Assembly (NCBI GenBank): GCA_963824385.1
Contig: CAWGPD010000001.1
Location: 224,001 to 288,000 of the forward strand
DNA from: an uncultured Nitrososphaerota archaeon
GTDB lineage: Archaea > Thermoproteota > Nitrososphaeria > Nitrososphaerales > Nitrosopumilaceae
Length of the DNA: 64,000 bases
Direction: 5' to 3'
The notes beneath the pieces are model-generated. The model did not search any database and was not told where the DNA came from. It was given only the letters and a program-made list of their open reading frames with translations. Below, one piece after another: positions 9,876 through 19,171 of this stretch. The position numbers were made by a program, and so were the translations under genes. Each line of letters begins with the position of its first letter. Positions within the stretch are counted from its first letter, which is position 1.

Positions 9876-10628
9876 TTAATTGCCTTTTTTGTACAAACAA
9901 ATATTATTTCCATAACATGAGTTATCAATACCAGAAATATCAGCCCCTTGTGTGATAGCACCATGCAGGTGTGCATTGGCAAAGACGTCCCCAACAAGAG
10001 ATGCGTCGGAAAGATTTGCATATCTTAGATTAGCATATGAAAAATCAGCAGTCTGACATATACAATATGAAAGATCTACACCTTGCATATTTGCAGCTGT
10101 AAAATCAGCACCATTGAATTGGGCTTGTGTGAATGTTGCACTCTCCATGTTTGCGTCTTGAAAGGTAGACCATGGAAATGTAGAACCAGTAAACTTGGCA
10201 TCTCTAAGATCTGCTCCATTAAAATTTGTGGACCAAATAACTGCATATCTTAGGTCAGCGCCATGAAGGTTTGCACCTGAAAGGTTTACACCTGAAAGGT
10301 TTACACCCTTCAAGTCTACATTTTGGAGATCTGCATTTTGAAGATTGACGCCAAACAAATCTGCGTTTACAAAAATACTTCCGGACATATTAGCGCCATA
10401 CATATTAGCATTATGAATACTGAGGTTATCCCAATGACAGTTACTCAAATCAGCATCTGGTTGCACTTTTATGTTGCAAAGTTTTGTGGATGGCGTTACA
10501 GAAGTATTATCGTTTGAGTTTAGATTTGCATTTTGCTCATCACCAAAAACCTTTGTTACTTGCCCCATTGGGAATAGAACCAACATTGCAGTGATAAAAA
10601 ATAAAGCGATTTTTGGATTTATTTGCAT
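9876..10628 (-). CDS. Exported pentapeptide repeat protein
   Basis: Signal peptide followed by many A(N/D)LxG-type pentapeptides. Confidence 0.9.
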   Translation of the reverse strand: MQINPKIALFFITAMLVLFPMGQVTKVFGDEQNANLNSNDNTSVTPSTKLCNIKVQPDADLSNCHWDNLSIHNANMYGANMSGSIFVNADLFGVNLQNADLQNVDLKGVNLSGVNLSGANLHGADLRYAVIWSTNFNGADLRDAKFTGSTFPWSTFQDANMESATFTQAQFNGADFTAANMQGVDLSYCICQTADFSYANLRYANLSDASLVGDVFANAHLHGAITQGADISGIDNSCYGNNICLYKKGN

Positions 10629-10664
10629 AATACGTTCAACATAATCAAGGTAATTTAAGACCTG

Positions 10665-10687
10665 TGGTACAACTATCGAAAATAAAT
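10665..10687. promoter_or_regulatory. Island motif half-site upstream of the pentapeptide gene
   Basis: Minus strand reads TGTACCA-CAGGT-CTTAAAT. A TATACCA half-site lies at 10709-10715. Confidence 0.55.
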
Positions 10688-10856
10688 TCCAATTCCAATT
10701 TCATGGAATATACCATACTTGTGTAATTATATTTGCAAGGAGAAATCTGCGAAAGATGTTTAATTTAGGAAATAAAGTCTACAAACATACTGGTACTAAT
10801 TTCAATGGTACTTGTTGAAAAATAAAAAAGAATTGGTTATGGTAAAAAAATAGTTT

Positions 10857-11894
10857 TTACCCAATTACGTTCATAAATCCAGTGGCAATAGAGAACGTTG
10901 ATGTGTATCTTTCGTTGTTTTTACTAAGATCTACAGTCGTGAGCACTTGTGTTGACAAGAGCAAAGTCAGTTACTCCATAAGGATTTGCCGACTCTGTTG
11001 TTTGTGCAGGATGACCATTATTATCTCCCATGTAAGGAGCGTCTGCATCTGTTTTCAAACCAATGTCAAAGTGGTATACGCACATGCCAAGTGTTTTGGG
11101 ACTTGATATGTGATTTAGATACTGCATTGTTGATGCCTCCATTGTAAAGACTCCTCCGTCTATGATTCCTTGATAGAGTCTAAGGTCTGGAGTTCCATCT
11201 GATTCACACGGTAATACCATTGCCATGTGTCCATGGGTAGTGTACCAAGGTGTGGTATCTGCCAAGTCCAAGAATGTGCCAGGCTTTAGGGATTACTCCT
11301 GCAAGATGGAACCATTCTTCAGTTGGGACTCCACCATTTCCAGGTAGAGACGATAGTCCTGCTGATGGGACGTTCCATCCATCAGTGTAGTTACCTTGTG
11401 TGTAACCTCTTACTGGTGCAACATCACAGTCGCCATAGTATCCTATTCCATTTTGCACCCAACATGGATGATTTACATCCAATCCCATCATGTTTGGATA
11501 GTTCATGTTAACTATGCCTACATCCATCTCCATCAGTGGTATTCTGCTGGGCACACCATCCTGTAAATGATGAAGCTTGCAGTACAGAGGATGGCGGGTT
11601 GTTTGGATATGATGCCATGTCGTAGATGAATGTGTCTCCAGGACCTCTTGTTGGTGAGTCTGATGGTAGAGTTGTCATCATACACATGTGAGGATTTCCA
11701 TTTAGACCAGTTGTGAAATAACTTGGTGGCGGTGCTGTCGTAGTCGGTGGATTAAATGGTGTTGGTGCTGCGATATATGGTGCTTGAAAGCCATATGCAG
11801 AGGTCATTGTCTGACCAGAACCTGCCATTCCCAATCCGACTATTACTGCAATTGCCACAATTGCAGTCGTCGATTTTCGTTGTTGAAAATTCAT
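10857..11894 (-). pseudogene. Exported His/Cys/Met-containing protein split by three +1 frameshifts (likely sequencing errors)
   Basis: ORFs 11508-11894, 11204-11554, 10924-11271 and a tail ending FMNVIG* (stop 10857-10859) join by removing single bases. Signal peptide present; motifs DLADTTP..GHMAMVLPC and CVYH. Confidence 0.7.
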
Positions 11895-11930
11895 TAAATC
11901 TCTTGTTGATACTTTTTATTTTAAACATTA

Positions 11931-11953
11931 TGGTACAAAAGTAGAATGATTTT
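11931..11953. promoter_or_regulatory. Island motif half-site
   Basis: Minus strand reads TGTACCA-TAATG-TTTAAAA, about 25 nt before ATG 11894. Confidence 0.6.
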
Positions 11954-12070
11954 TTGCATTGCTGCCAGTAAAAGTTACTGTGTTATCGGCACAATCAATT
12001 AATTTGTCTGACATTTGCAAGGACAAGTCTTCGAAAGACGTTTAATTTACCAGATAGAGTCTAAGATTGT

Positions 12071-13183
12071 TTGAAAAAATATCTTGGATTAATTCTGGTA
12101 GGAGTTTTGGCAATACAGGTGCTGAGTATCTCCCAAGTGTTTGCAGTATACCCATGCGATAGCCCATACTGCCCATATACTCCACCTGGTTTTCAAACGG
12201 AGGACTTTAAATTAAAATCAAATCCTGTCATATGTGAAATAGAGCCAAATGATACAAGATTTCCAAATCTTGCACAGACTGTAATCACTACAACTCATCA
12301 AGCTGTAAAAAATTGGACAACTCTTCTAAACAGTGATGCTGAAAAAAATTCCACATGGGATATAGATGAGATAATAATTCCTCCAGGTGATAAGACAAAT
12401 CTAGACCCTGCATGCAACATTGCCATCGTATATGAAAGTCAGGAGCTTGACTATTGTGGTCAGGTGTTTAATGGAGTGTATTTTCCCTGCGGTCAAATAT
12501 TTAATGGAAAATCAATTCTCAATCCAGATATAGGGACTTCTCTTATTCTCATCCCATATCTTATGCCAATATACGGCAAGCAGTGTGAATATGAAAAAAA
12601 TGGCACCGTCTATGATTCCATATGTCGTTCCCAGCAAGAGATTGAGAGTCATTCAAGTCTTTTGAAAGCAATCCAGCACGAGATGGGCCATTCCATGGGG
12701 CTTGGACATTTCATTGCAAACTCGCAAGACGAGGTGGACAGGTGGTTTGCAGGAACTCAATCTGTTCCGTCTATAATGGTCTCAGGACAAGAGGGATACA
12801 TGGAGTATGCCAAAGTTACTCCACTTGATGCAAGCCAAGTTCGGGACATATATGGAAAAAATGGATTTAAAGAAATTAGTACGGTGGACGTACAGAATTC
12901 ATCCAGTCTTAGATTACAAATTCAATCACATGTTCCATCATGGATAAAAAATGTGACAGATTTGTGGTTGCAAGAAAAGATTACTGATTTGGAATTTGAG
13001 GACTGTATAAAATATCTCCCATGGCAGGGAGTAATTTCAATTCATAATACCATACCTTCTTCATCGATGATACAAGAGATTCCTTCATGGGTTAAAGACA
13101 TTGTAAAATGGTGGAGTATTGGTCAAACTGACGACACTTACTTTACAAGCATAGCACAGTGGATAATACAGACTAGAGTATGA
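12071..13183 (+). CDS. Exported matrixin-like (metzincin) zinc metalloprotease with C-terminal PSWIK-type repeats
   Basis: HEMGHSMGLGH, SIM Met-turn, signal peptide, VPSWIKN and IPSWVKD repeats. Confidence 0.85.
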   Translation: MKKYLGLILVGVLAIQVLSISQVFAVYPCDSPYCPYTPPGFQTEDFKLKSNPVICEIEPNDTRFPNLAQTVITTTHQAVKNWTTLLNSDAEKNSTWDIDEIIIPPGDKTNLDPACNIAIVYESQELDYCGQVFNGVYFPCGQIFNGKSILNPDIGTSLILIPYLMPIYGKQCEYEKNGTVYDSICRSQQEIESHSSLLKAIQHEMGHSMGLGHFIANSQDEVDRWFAGTQSVPSIMVSGQEGYMEYAKVTPLDASQVRDIYGKNGFKEISTVDVQNSSSLRLQIQSHVPSWIKNVTDLWLQEKITDLEFEDCIKYLPWQGVISIHNTIPSSSMIQEIPSWVKDIVKWWSIGQTDDTYFTSIAQWIIQTRV

Positions 13184-13389
13184 AATCATCCCTTTTTAAA
13201 AGAAAATATACCCAATTTGGAACCAGCATTTTAGTATCATCCATTCAATGGTCAAAAAATATACCACTATTGTATTTTTAGTTAAACCCTGGCAGAGGAT
13301 GCTAGTCATATCTGCCAGAGTCATCGTTATGATGAACAACGATACACTATGTTTAGACATAATCATACTTGTTCAAATAATAAAGAGAT

Positions 13390-13412
13390 TGGTACATTCA
13401 TCTATTGTACCA
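13390..13412. promoter_or_regulatory. Island motif, perfect dyad
   Basis: TGGTACA-TTCATCTAT-TGTACCA. Confidence 0.7.
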
Positions 13413-13495
13413 TAAATTTTCAAATAGAATAATAGAGTTACACAGTCAAAATATACATTAAACTAAAATAATAAAAAATAATTTCCAGAATAGAA

Positions 13496-13576
13496 TTAAT
13501 TTTTGTCTCTTTTTAGAAACGAAAACCATTTTCTTTTGGGTTTTTCTTTAGGCATAGTAGGTTGTTTGTCTTCCAT
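13496..13576 (-). CDS. Putative 26-aa basic microprotein MEDKQPTMPKEKPKRKWFSFLKRDKN
   Basis: Short ORF downstream of the motif plus TATA arrangement (TGTACCA-ACGAT-GTTATTAAA). Confidence 0.4.
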   Translation of the reverse strand: MEDKQPTMPKEKPKRKWFSFLKRDKN

Positions 13577-13610
13577 AAACATAATGTGGTTTTAATTTTA
13601 ATAACATCGT

Positions 13611-13633
13611 TGGTACATTCGGTAATTGTACCA
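13611..13633. promoter_or_regulatory. Island motif, perfect dyad
   Basis: TGGTACA-TTCGGTAAT-TGTACCA. Confidence 0.7.
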
Positions 13634-13805
13634 GACTTGTTTTATCTCACAACATATTATCTTCCAATAACTGGAATGTCATAGCCATATTTGCCATCGA
13701 GTAAATTGCTATTCATAAATGACATTCCAGTATATTTTTTTAAATATCGGAGAACAAAAAATTATTTCCCATTGTTTCAAGATATTAATTTTTATTTTTG
13801 TAACA

Positions 13806-13828
13806 TGGTACATTTCTCGATTATACCA
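13806..13828. promoter_or_regulatory. Island motif, near-perfect dyad
   Basis: TGGTACA-TTTCTCGAT-TATACCA, followed after 5 nt by CTTATTA. Confidence 0.65.
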
Positions 13829-13862
13829 TTTTCCTTATTACGTCATATGCATCATTTAAGAT

Positions 13863-13924
13863 AAGGACGACAAAACCACGCCAGACCATATCGAGCCATG
13901 TGGTTCTCGTCTTTTTTTATTTTA
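13863..13924 (+). terminator. Stem-loop followed by a T-tract (terminator or small RNA)
   Basis: GACGA..AACCAC pairs with GTGGTT.TCGTC, followed by TTTTTTTATTTT. Confidence 0.35.
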
Positions 13925-13949
13925 CAAAAAATTAGTGTTCAAGTCCAGA

Positions 13950-14423
13950 TTAGTGGACTATCACAACAGGGCAAGGAGAATTCTCCAGTACATGACGGCT
14001 GACACTTCCAAGAATTTTTATTTTATTTATGCCTCGCAGTCCCTGGCTGCCCATAATTATGAGACCATTTTTGTTTGTTCTTGGCATGATCAAGTATGGC
14101 TTTAGCAGGATTGTCTGATACTACTTTGTAGCTTGCCTTTACGCCCTTATTTTGGCAATATGCCTCACAATCTTGCATAAATCCATGGGCTTCGCTTACT
14201 GCCTTTTTTGCAAATTCATCAATTGCCTTGGATGCACTCTTGCCTTTGATTGCACCTGAGAGAACTACCCCCGCAGGTCGTGCCGTAGATGCACTCACAG
14301 ACTGCTAAGAGTTCAATCTCAGAATCAAGTCTTTTGGAGATCTCGATTGCTTCGTCTAGTGCTCTTTTAGAATACTCTGAATCCATCCAGTGGAACAAGT
14401 ATGCTAGAATAACTTTTTACCAT
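13950..14423 (-). pseudogene. Universal stress protein (UspA family), several frameshifts
   Basis: MVKSYSSILVPLDG-SEYSKRALDEAI at the start, LGSVSRHVLENSPCPVVIVH* at the end, in different frames. Confidence 0.8.
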
Positions 14424-14489
14424 AAACTAAAGTCAAGTTTTAGTCTATTATAAACATTGAAGAATATCATTTTTGATAATATAAAAAGG

Positions 14490-14792
14490 CTAGTTTTGTT
14501 GCTTGTTTCGTGTAATTGCAATAACTGCAATTACAATACCTGCAATGCCAATACCAATTCCAGTCATGCTTATCATGTATAGTGTATCAATACTATTCTT
14601 TACGTCCTGGAAAGATTGTGCCACATGTGAATAACTCTGGGCAGCACTATTGGCAGTATTTTTTGCATCGTTGATTTCGCCAGTCAGTTGGTCTATAACA
14701 TTTTGTGATGTCTGTGCAGATGCATGATGAATCAAATTAGACATTCCAACAAAACACAATGCAAGAACAAAAGTTAAAATTATAATTTTCAT
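14490..14792 (-). CDS. Small exported/membrane-anchored protein
   Basis: Signal peptide, helical segment, C-terminal TM with GxGxG. Confidence 0.7.
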   Translation of the reverse strand: MKIIILTFVLALCFVGMSNLIHHASAQTSQNVIDQLTGEINDAKNTANSAAQSYSHVAQSFQDVKNSIDTLYMISMTGIGIGIAGIVIAVIAITRNKQQN

Positions 14793-14829
14793 GTGTTATC
14801 AAAAAACGCCAATTTTCTTAAATATGTTT

Positions 14830-14852
14830 TGGTACAAGATCAAAATAAAATC
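14830..14852. promoter_or_regulatory. Island motif half-site
   Basis: Minus strand reads TGTACCA-AAACA-TATTTAAG before ATG 14792. Confidence 0.55.
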
Positions 14853-15496
14853 CTAAAAGTTAAGAAAACCCCTAGTCTTTGCAGTCACTGCAATTACACT
14901 TACTATAGCAATTACAAGAACTAGTGATGCAATAGGACCAAATTCTGGTACTGCATTGTTTGACATGCTAGATTCATGTTGCCAGACATGTTCATCGAAT
15001 TTGTACTAGTCATGTTCATGGCATTCATGCTACCAGACATTGGTGGAAAATAATAACTGTCCTTGGCTTCAACTTCTTGCATTGGATATGTAGTAGATGG
15101 AACGGCTGTTCCGTTTATTGTACCCTGAATTATAACATTATAGGTTCCAGCTTGTGAGGGTATCAGGGCAGAGACATACAGTCCTGGAGTGTCATCACTT
15201 GCCTCAAAGTCTAGAGTCTTTGTCTGACCACCATATTGTATAGTGACAGTCATGTTGTTTAGTGCATTACCAACAATGGGTGCTGCTTGGTCAGTAGTTC
15301 CGTTATACACGTAGACGTCAACCTCATTCAAGTCTCCAACAAACGGCGGTTCATTTAACCAGCCTATTTTTACCGATAAATTTGGTGAAAAGTTCTTTAG
15401 GATATGTGCCTCTGCTGGATGAATAGCATACGGACCAACAATAACTACAACCAAAGCAAGTATAGCTGGGATTATTATTTTTCTATTCATGTCCAC
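14853..15496 (-). pseudogene. Exported His1 protein with Met-rich linker and PEFG-CTERM anchor; frameshift near 14970
   Basis: AEA-HILKNF, MSGSMNAMNM..., then in another frame AVPEFGPIASLVLVIAIVSVIAVTAKTRGFLNF* (stop 14853-14855). Confidence 0.8.
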
Positions 15497-15508
15497 TTGT
15501 CTCCATTA

Positions 15509-15967
15509 TCAAGGAAAGTTATACTTGTCCTTGGCTTCAACTTCTTGCATTGGATAAATGGTAGAGGGAATGGTCACTCCATCTATGGTTCCTTTGATTA
15601 TGGTATTGTATGTTCCAAGTTGTGTTGGAATTACAGCTGCACTATACAATCCAGGTGTATCATCACTTGCATCAAAACTGAGTACCTTGGTCTGACCACC
15701 ATATTGTACGGTTATGGTCATGTTATCAAGACCGTTACCTGCAATTGGAGGAGCAGAGTCATCAGTGCCGTTGTAAAGATAAACATCAATCTGATTTGTA
15801 TCACCAACAAGCGGAGGTTCATTCTCCCAGCCGATTTTTACTGAAACATTTGGTGCAAAGTTCTTCAAGATGTGCGCCTCTGCTGGATGAATAGCATATG
15901 GTGCAACAATAACTGCAACTATCGCAAGTAAGACTGGAATGATAATTTTTTTGGTGTTCATTTTCAT
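15509..15967 (-). CDS. Exported His1 protein, tandem paralog of the preceding gene lacking the anchor
   Basis: Highly similar (AEA-HILKNF, IGW.NEPP, ASDDTPGLY, YPMQEVEAKD) but ends at NFP*. Confidence 0.85.
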   Translation of the reverse strand: MKMNTKKIIIPVLLAIVAVIVAPYAIHPAEAHILKNFAPNVSVKIGWENEPPLVGDTNQIDVYLYNGTDDSAPPIAGNGLDNMTITVQYGGQTKVLSFDASDDTPGLYSAAVIPTQLGTYNTIIKGTIDGVTIPSTIYPMQEVEAKDKYNFP

Positions 15968-16005
15968 AATTAGTAAATATGCCGAATATTTGAATATATA
16001 GATTA

Positions 16006-16052
16006 TGGTACAACCCCAGAATACCGCAAAATTCTGTTTTGCGTTTGTACCA
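16006..16052. promoter_or_regulatory. Two back-to-back island motif sites in a divergent promoter
   Basis: TGGTACA at 16006 (minus: TGTACCA-TAATC-TATATAT) and TGTACCA at 16046 followed by ATAGG-ATATTAAAT. Confidence 0.65.
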
Positions 16053-16100
16053 ATAGGATATTAAATTTTAAATGCATACCAAGGAGTAGAATGTTGTATT

Positions 16101-19082
16101 ATGAGTTTTAAAAGTAGCATGTCGTCAAAGCCTTCAAATAAAATAATTTTTTCAGTATTTGTCTCATTGTTTATTTTGGCAATAATTTCAGGCATTCCAA
16201 AATCATATGAACACGCATTTGTCATAGACAGCAACCCCGCACCTGCTACATCAGTAAATACAGTTCCAGCACAGATTGAGATAGAGTTTGTCGACCCAAT
16301 CGACATGCGATATAGTCAGATCAAGGTATTGGATTCAAACGGCAAGGCAATACAAAATAATGATTGGCATTTTTTAAATGACGAGCATACAAAGACTGCA
16401 GTCACCCTTCCACCTGATACTCCAAATGGCATTTACACAGTTTACACCAAAGTACTTGATGCGACAGACGGTCATACAACTACAAATGCATTTGTCTTTG
16501 CAATAGGACAGCCAATACCTGCAAGTCTTTTGAATGCAAAAACAAACATTAGTTTTGCAGATATCGTATCCATTCCAGATAGCATTGCAAGATACCCGAC
16601 ACTTTTAGGACAGATAATTGTCGTGGGAGCTGTCTTCTCAACATTTTGGTTATGGAGACCAGTTTCTAGAATTCCTGCATTAAATGATGCAACAAAATTA
16701 ATGCGCTCAAAGATCGACATGAGCACAACCAAGATTGTACTGATTGGTTCCATTATAATTCTGATAGGAGATGTAGCAATGATTGCATCTGAAGCTTCGT
16801 CAATAAATTCCGGCATACTAGAAGCAATGGGCACTACATTTGGAAATTTATGGATTGTAAGAATGGTACTATCATTAGCATTGTTTGGAATTGCTTTATC
16901 GTTATACCTTAAACAAAAAAAATCAAACACAAATTTATCAAAAGGTCAGATAATTATTTTATTTGCATTAGGAATTGCAGTACTTACCACTACTACTTTG
17001 ATAAGCCATGGTGCGGCAAGCGGTAAGTTAGCTGCTGCGATACTTGATTTTGTACACAATGTGGTAGCATCATTATGGATTGGAAGTGTCATTTACTTGG
17101 CATTTATTGCAGTTCCGCAATTAAAAAAAGTACAAGACGAAAAAAGCAGCATGTCAGTTTTGTCATTAATCATACCCCAATTTTCTACAATAGTTGTTGC
17201 ACTTTTAGGGTTAGTAGTTATCACAGGGCCGTTTCTGCTCTATGTACTTGAGAACAATCTTTCATTGACTCTAGCATCAATATACGGTGAGATTCTCATC
17301 ATCAAACTCTCACTGGCTGCCGCAATGATAGGAATCGGGGCTTTTAATCAGAATGTAATTTACAGAAATGCGCTCAAAGCAGTAATATCATCACAGATTA
17401 CGAAAGGTTCCACAATGCCCAAGGATTACGAGGCTAGAAGTACAGGAAGTTCAGTTCTTGCCAAGTTTAACAAGAGCATAAAGATCGAGGCAATGATAGG
17501 GCTGGCTTTGATTGCATCAATTGCAGTATTGGCAGATTCTGGACTTCCAGCTATTCAATTCCAAGATGAATTAGTACAACAGCAACAGCAGATTCCGCAT
17601 GTCTTTGCATTTACCCCACTGGAGAGCCTAGTTCAAAACAAGTTTACCGAGACAAGTTTTACAGATAATGGAAATATCATACTAACTGCAGACCCGTTCT
17701 TTGCAGGACAAAATAATATTACAATATCATTTGTGGATTCAAAAAATAATCCAATTGATATCAACTCTACAAAGATTACACTAAACCAAGTAGACAAGGG
17801 AATTGGCCCAATTGCAGTCAATGATGCAGTAAAGATATCTCAGGGAGTATTTTCTGTCAACACTGCAGCTCTTGCAATACCGGGACACTGGGAAGCACAA
17901 GTAGAAGGATTAACAACAACAACTGGCGCACTAAACGTTGTTACAAACTTTAATGACCTATATGTAAAACCAAATTTGAATCAGCTTCAAGCCAACATAA
18001 CTGAATTCAAATTGCCAGACAGCAAGGCCTTGCCGCTATATCCAACTTTTGATGTCATCAGAAATGCAATATGGGTTGGAGACTCTGAAATTAACAGTGG
18101 AAGAATATGGGAGTTTAATCTAGGCTCTAAACAATATACAGAGCACAAAATTAATGGAACCAATATCATCACTGGAACTGCAATGGACTTTGAGAACAAC
18201 GTATGGTATATTGATCCCATAACAAAGATTGTTGGACAATACATGCCAGATGACAAGACGGATAAGAAATATCACATTCCAGGAAATGGTACAGTATCAG
18301 GAATTGTTGTAGACAACTCAGATAATATCTGGTTAACGGTATCAAGTACTAGCGAGGTTCTAAAACTAGATACAAAAACAAAGACATTCCAGTCGATAAA
18401 GTTGCCAGATAATTCTGTGCCACTTGGTATCTCAATTGACCAGTCAACAGGTCAGGCATGGGTAGCAGAGAGTGGCTCTGGAAAGATTGCAAACATAGAT
18501 CCTGCACAAAACTACAAGATTACAGAGTACACTCCATTTAACAGCACACTTGCAAGTCCTACTACAATATTATTTGATTCAGTAACTAACCAGGTCTTTG
18601 TTTCAGAACATGACGGCAAGGCAGTATCATCTTTTGATCCGTTGCTCAAGAGTTTTAAAAAATACAACACAGACCCTCAAGGCTTACCGTTTGGCATGGC
18701 ATTTGATCCAAATCATGATCTATGGTTGGCACAGCACACTCTAAACAAAGTAGCAGTTATAGATACAAGAACTGGCAAGTATGCCGAATTTAACATACCA
18801 ACTCCATCATCATTTACGCAATGGATAACAGCTGACTCGCAAGGTGACATGATAATAGCAGAGCAACGTGCAAATGCACTTGGAATAATCACCACTAGTC
18901 TAAAGCCAGGATTTGTTGAAAATACCGAAACAAGTACAACGTTAGGGTTGCAATTAGGAGTAGGATATGCAGACGTGGCAGGTCCTGCAATTGTAGCAGG
19001 GCTAGTAGGTGTGGCCTTTTTCTATACCAAGAGTGTGATGGATCTCAGGGGCAGTATAAAACAGGTAAAGAAAAACTATTAG
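16101..19082 (+). CDS. Copper resistance CopC-CopD fusion with Ig-like (YtkA-like) and Vgb-like beta-propeller domains
   Basis: HAFVIDSNP...DGH (CopC). SHGAA..DFVH..ASLWIG and YG.ILIIKL (CopD). PGHWEAQV. Repeated P.G...D..W.AE blades. C-terminal TM. Confidence 0.88.
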   Translation: MSFKSSMSSKPSNKIIFSVFVSLFILAIISGIPKSYEHAFVIDSNPAPATSVNTVPAQIEIEFVDPIDMRYSQIKVLDSNGKAIQNNDWHFLNDEHTKTAVTLPPDTPNGIYTVYTKVLDATDGHTTTNAFVFAIGQPIPASLLNAKTNISFADIVSIPDSIARYPTLLGQIIVVGAVFSTFWLWRPVSRIPALNDATKLMRSKIDMSTTKIVLIGSIIILIGDVAMIASEASSINSGILEAMGTTFGNLWIVRMVLSLALFGIALSLYLKQKKSNTNLSKGQIIILFALGIAVLTTTTLISHGAASGKLAAAILDFVHNVVASLWIGSVIYLAFIAVPQLKKVQDEKSSMSVLSLIIPQFSTIVVALLGLVVITGPFLLYVLENNLSLTLASIYGEILIIKLSLAAAMIGIGAFNQNVIYRNALKAVISSQITKGSTMPKDYEARSTGSSVLAKFNKSIKIEAMIGLALIASIAVLADSGLPAIQFQDELVQQQQQIPHVFAFTPLESLVQNKFTETSFTDNGNIILTADPFFAGQNNITISFVDSKNNPIDINSTKITLNQVDKGIGPIAVNDAVKISQGVFSVNTAALAIPGHWEAQVEGLTTTTGALNVVTNFNDLYVKPNLNQLQANITEFKLPDSKALPLYPTFDVIRNAIWVGDSEINSGRIWEFNLGSKQYTEHKINGTNIITGTAMDFENNVWYIDPITKIVGQYMPDDKTDKKYHIPGNGTVSGIVVDNSDNIWLTVSSTSEVLKLDTKTKTFQSIKLPDNSVPLGISIDQSTGQAWVAESGSGKIANIDPAQNYKITEYTPFNSTLASPTTILFDSVTNQVFVSEHDGKAVSSFDPLLKSFKKYNTDPQGLPFGMAFDPNHDLWLAQHTLNKVAVIDTRTGKYAEFNIPTPSSFTQWITADSQGDMIIAEQRANALGIITTSLKPGFVENTETSTTLGLQLGVGYADVAGPAIVAGLVGVAFFYTKSVMDLRGSIKQVKKNY

Positions 19083-19171
19083 AATAAATTTTTAATTAAA
19101 GAATTTGTCAAGTATAATTTTTTGTACAAAGTTCTTTAAACAATTTTTTAAAAATTAATCTAAAGACTCTG

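Noticed and set aside
13390..13828. Spaced dyads as CRISPR repeats or MITE/IS ends
   Set aside because: The central 9 nt vary, spacing is about 200 bp, there is no transposase or target duplication, and the same motif sits at many promoters.
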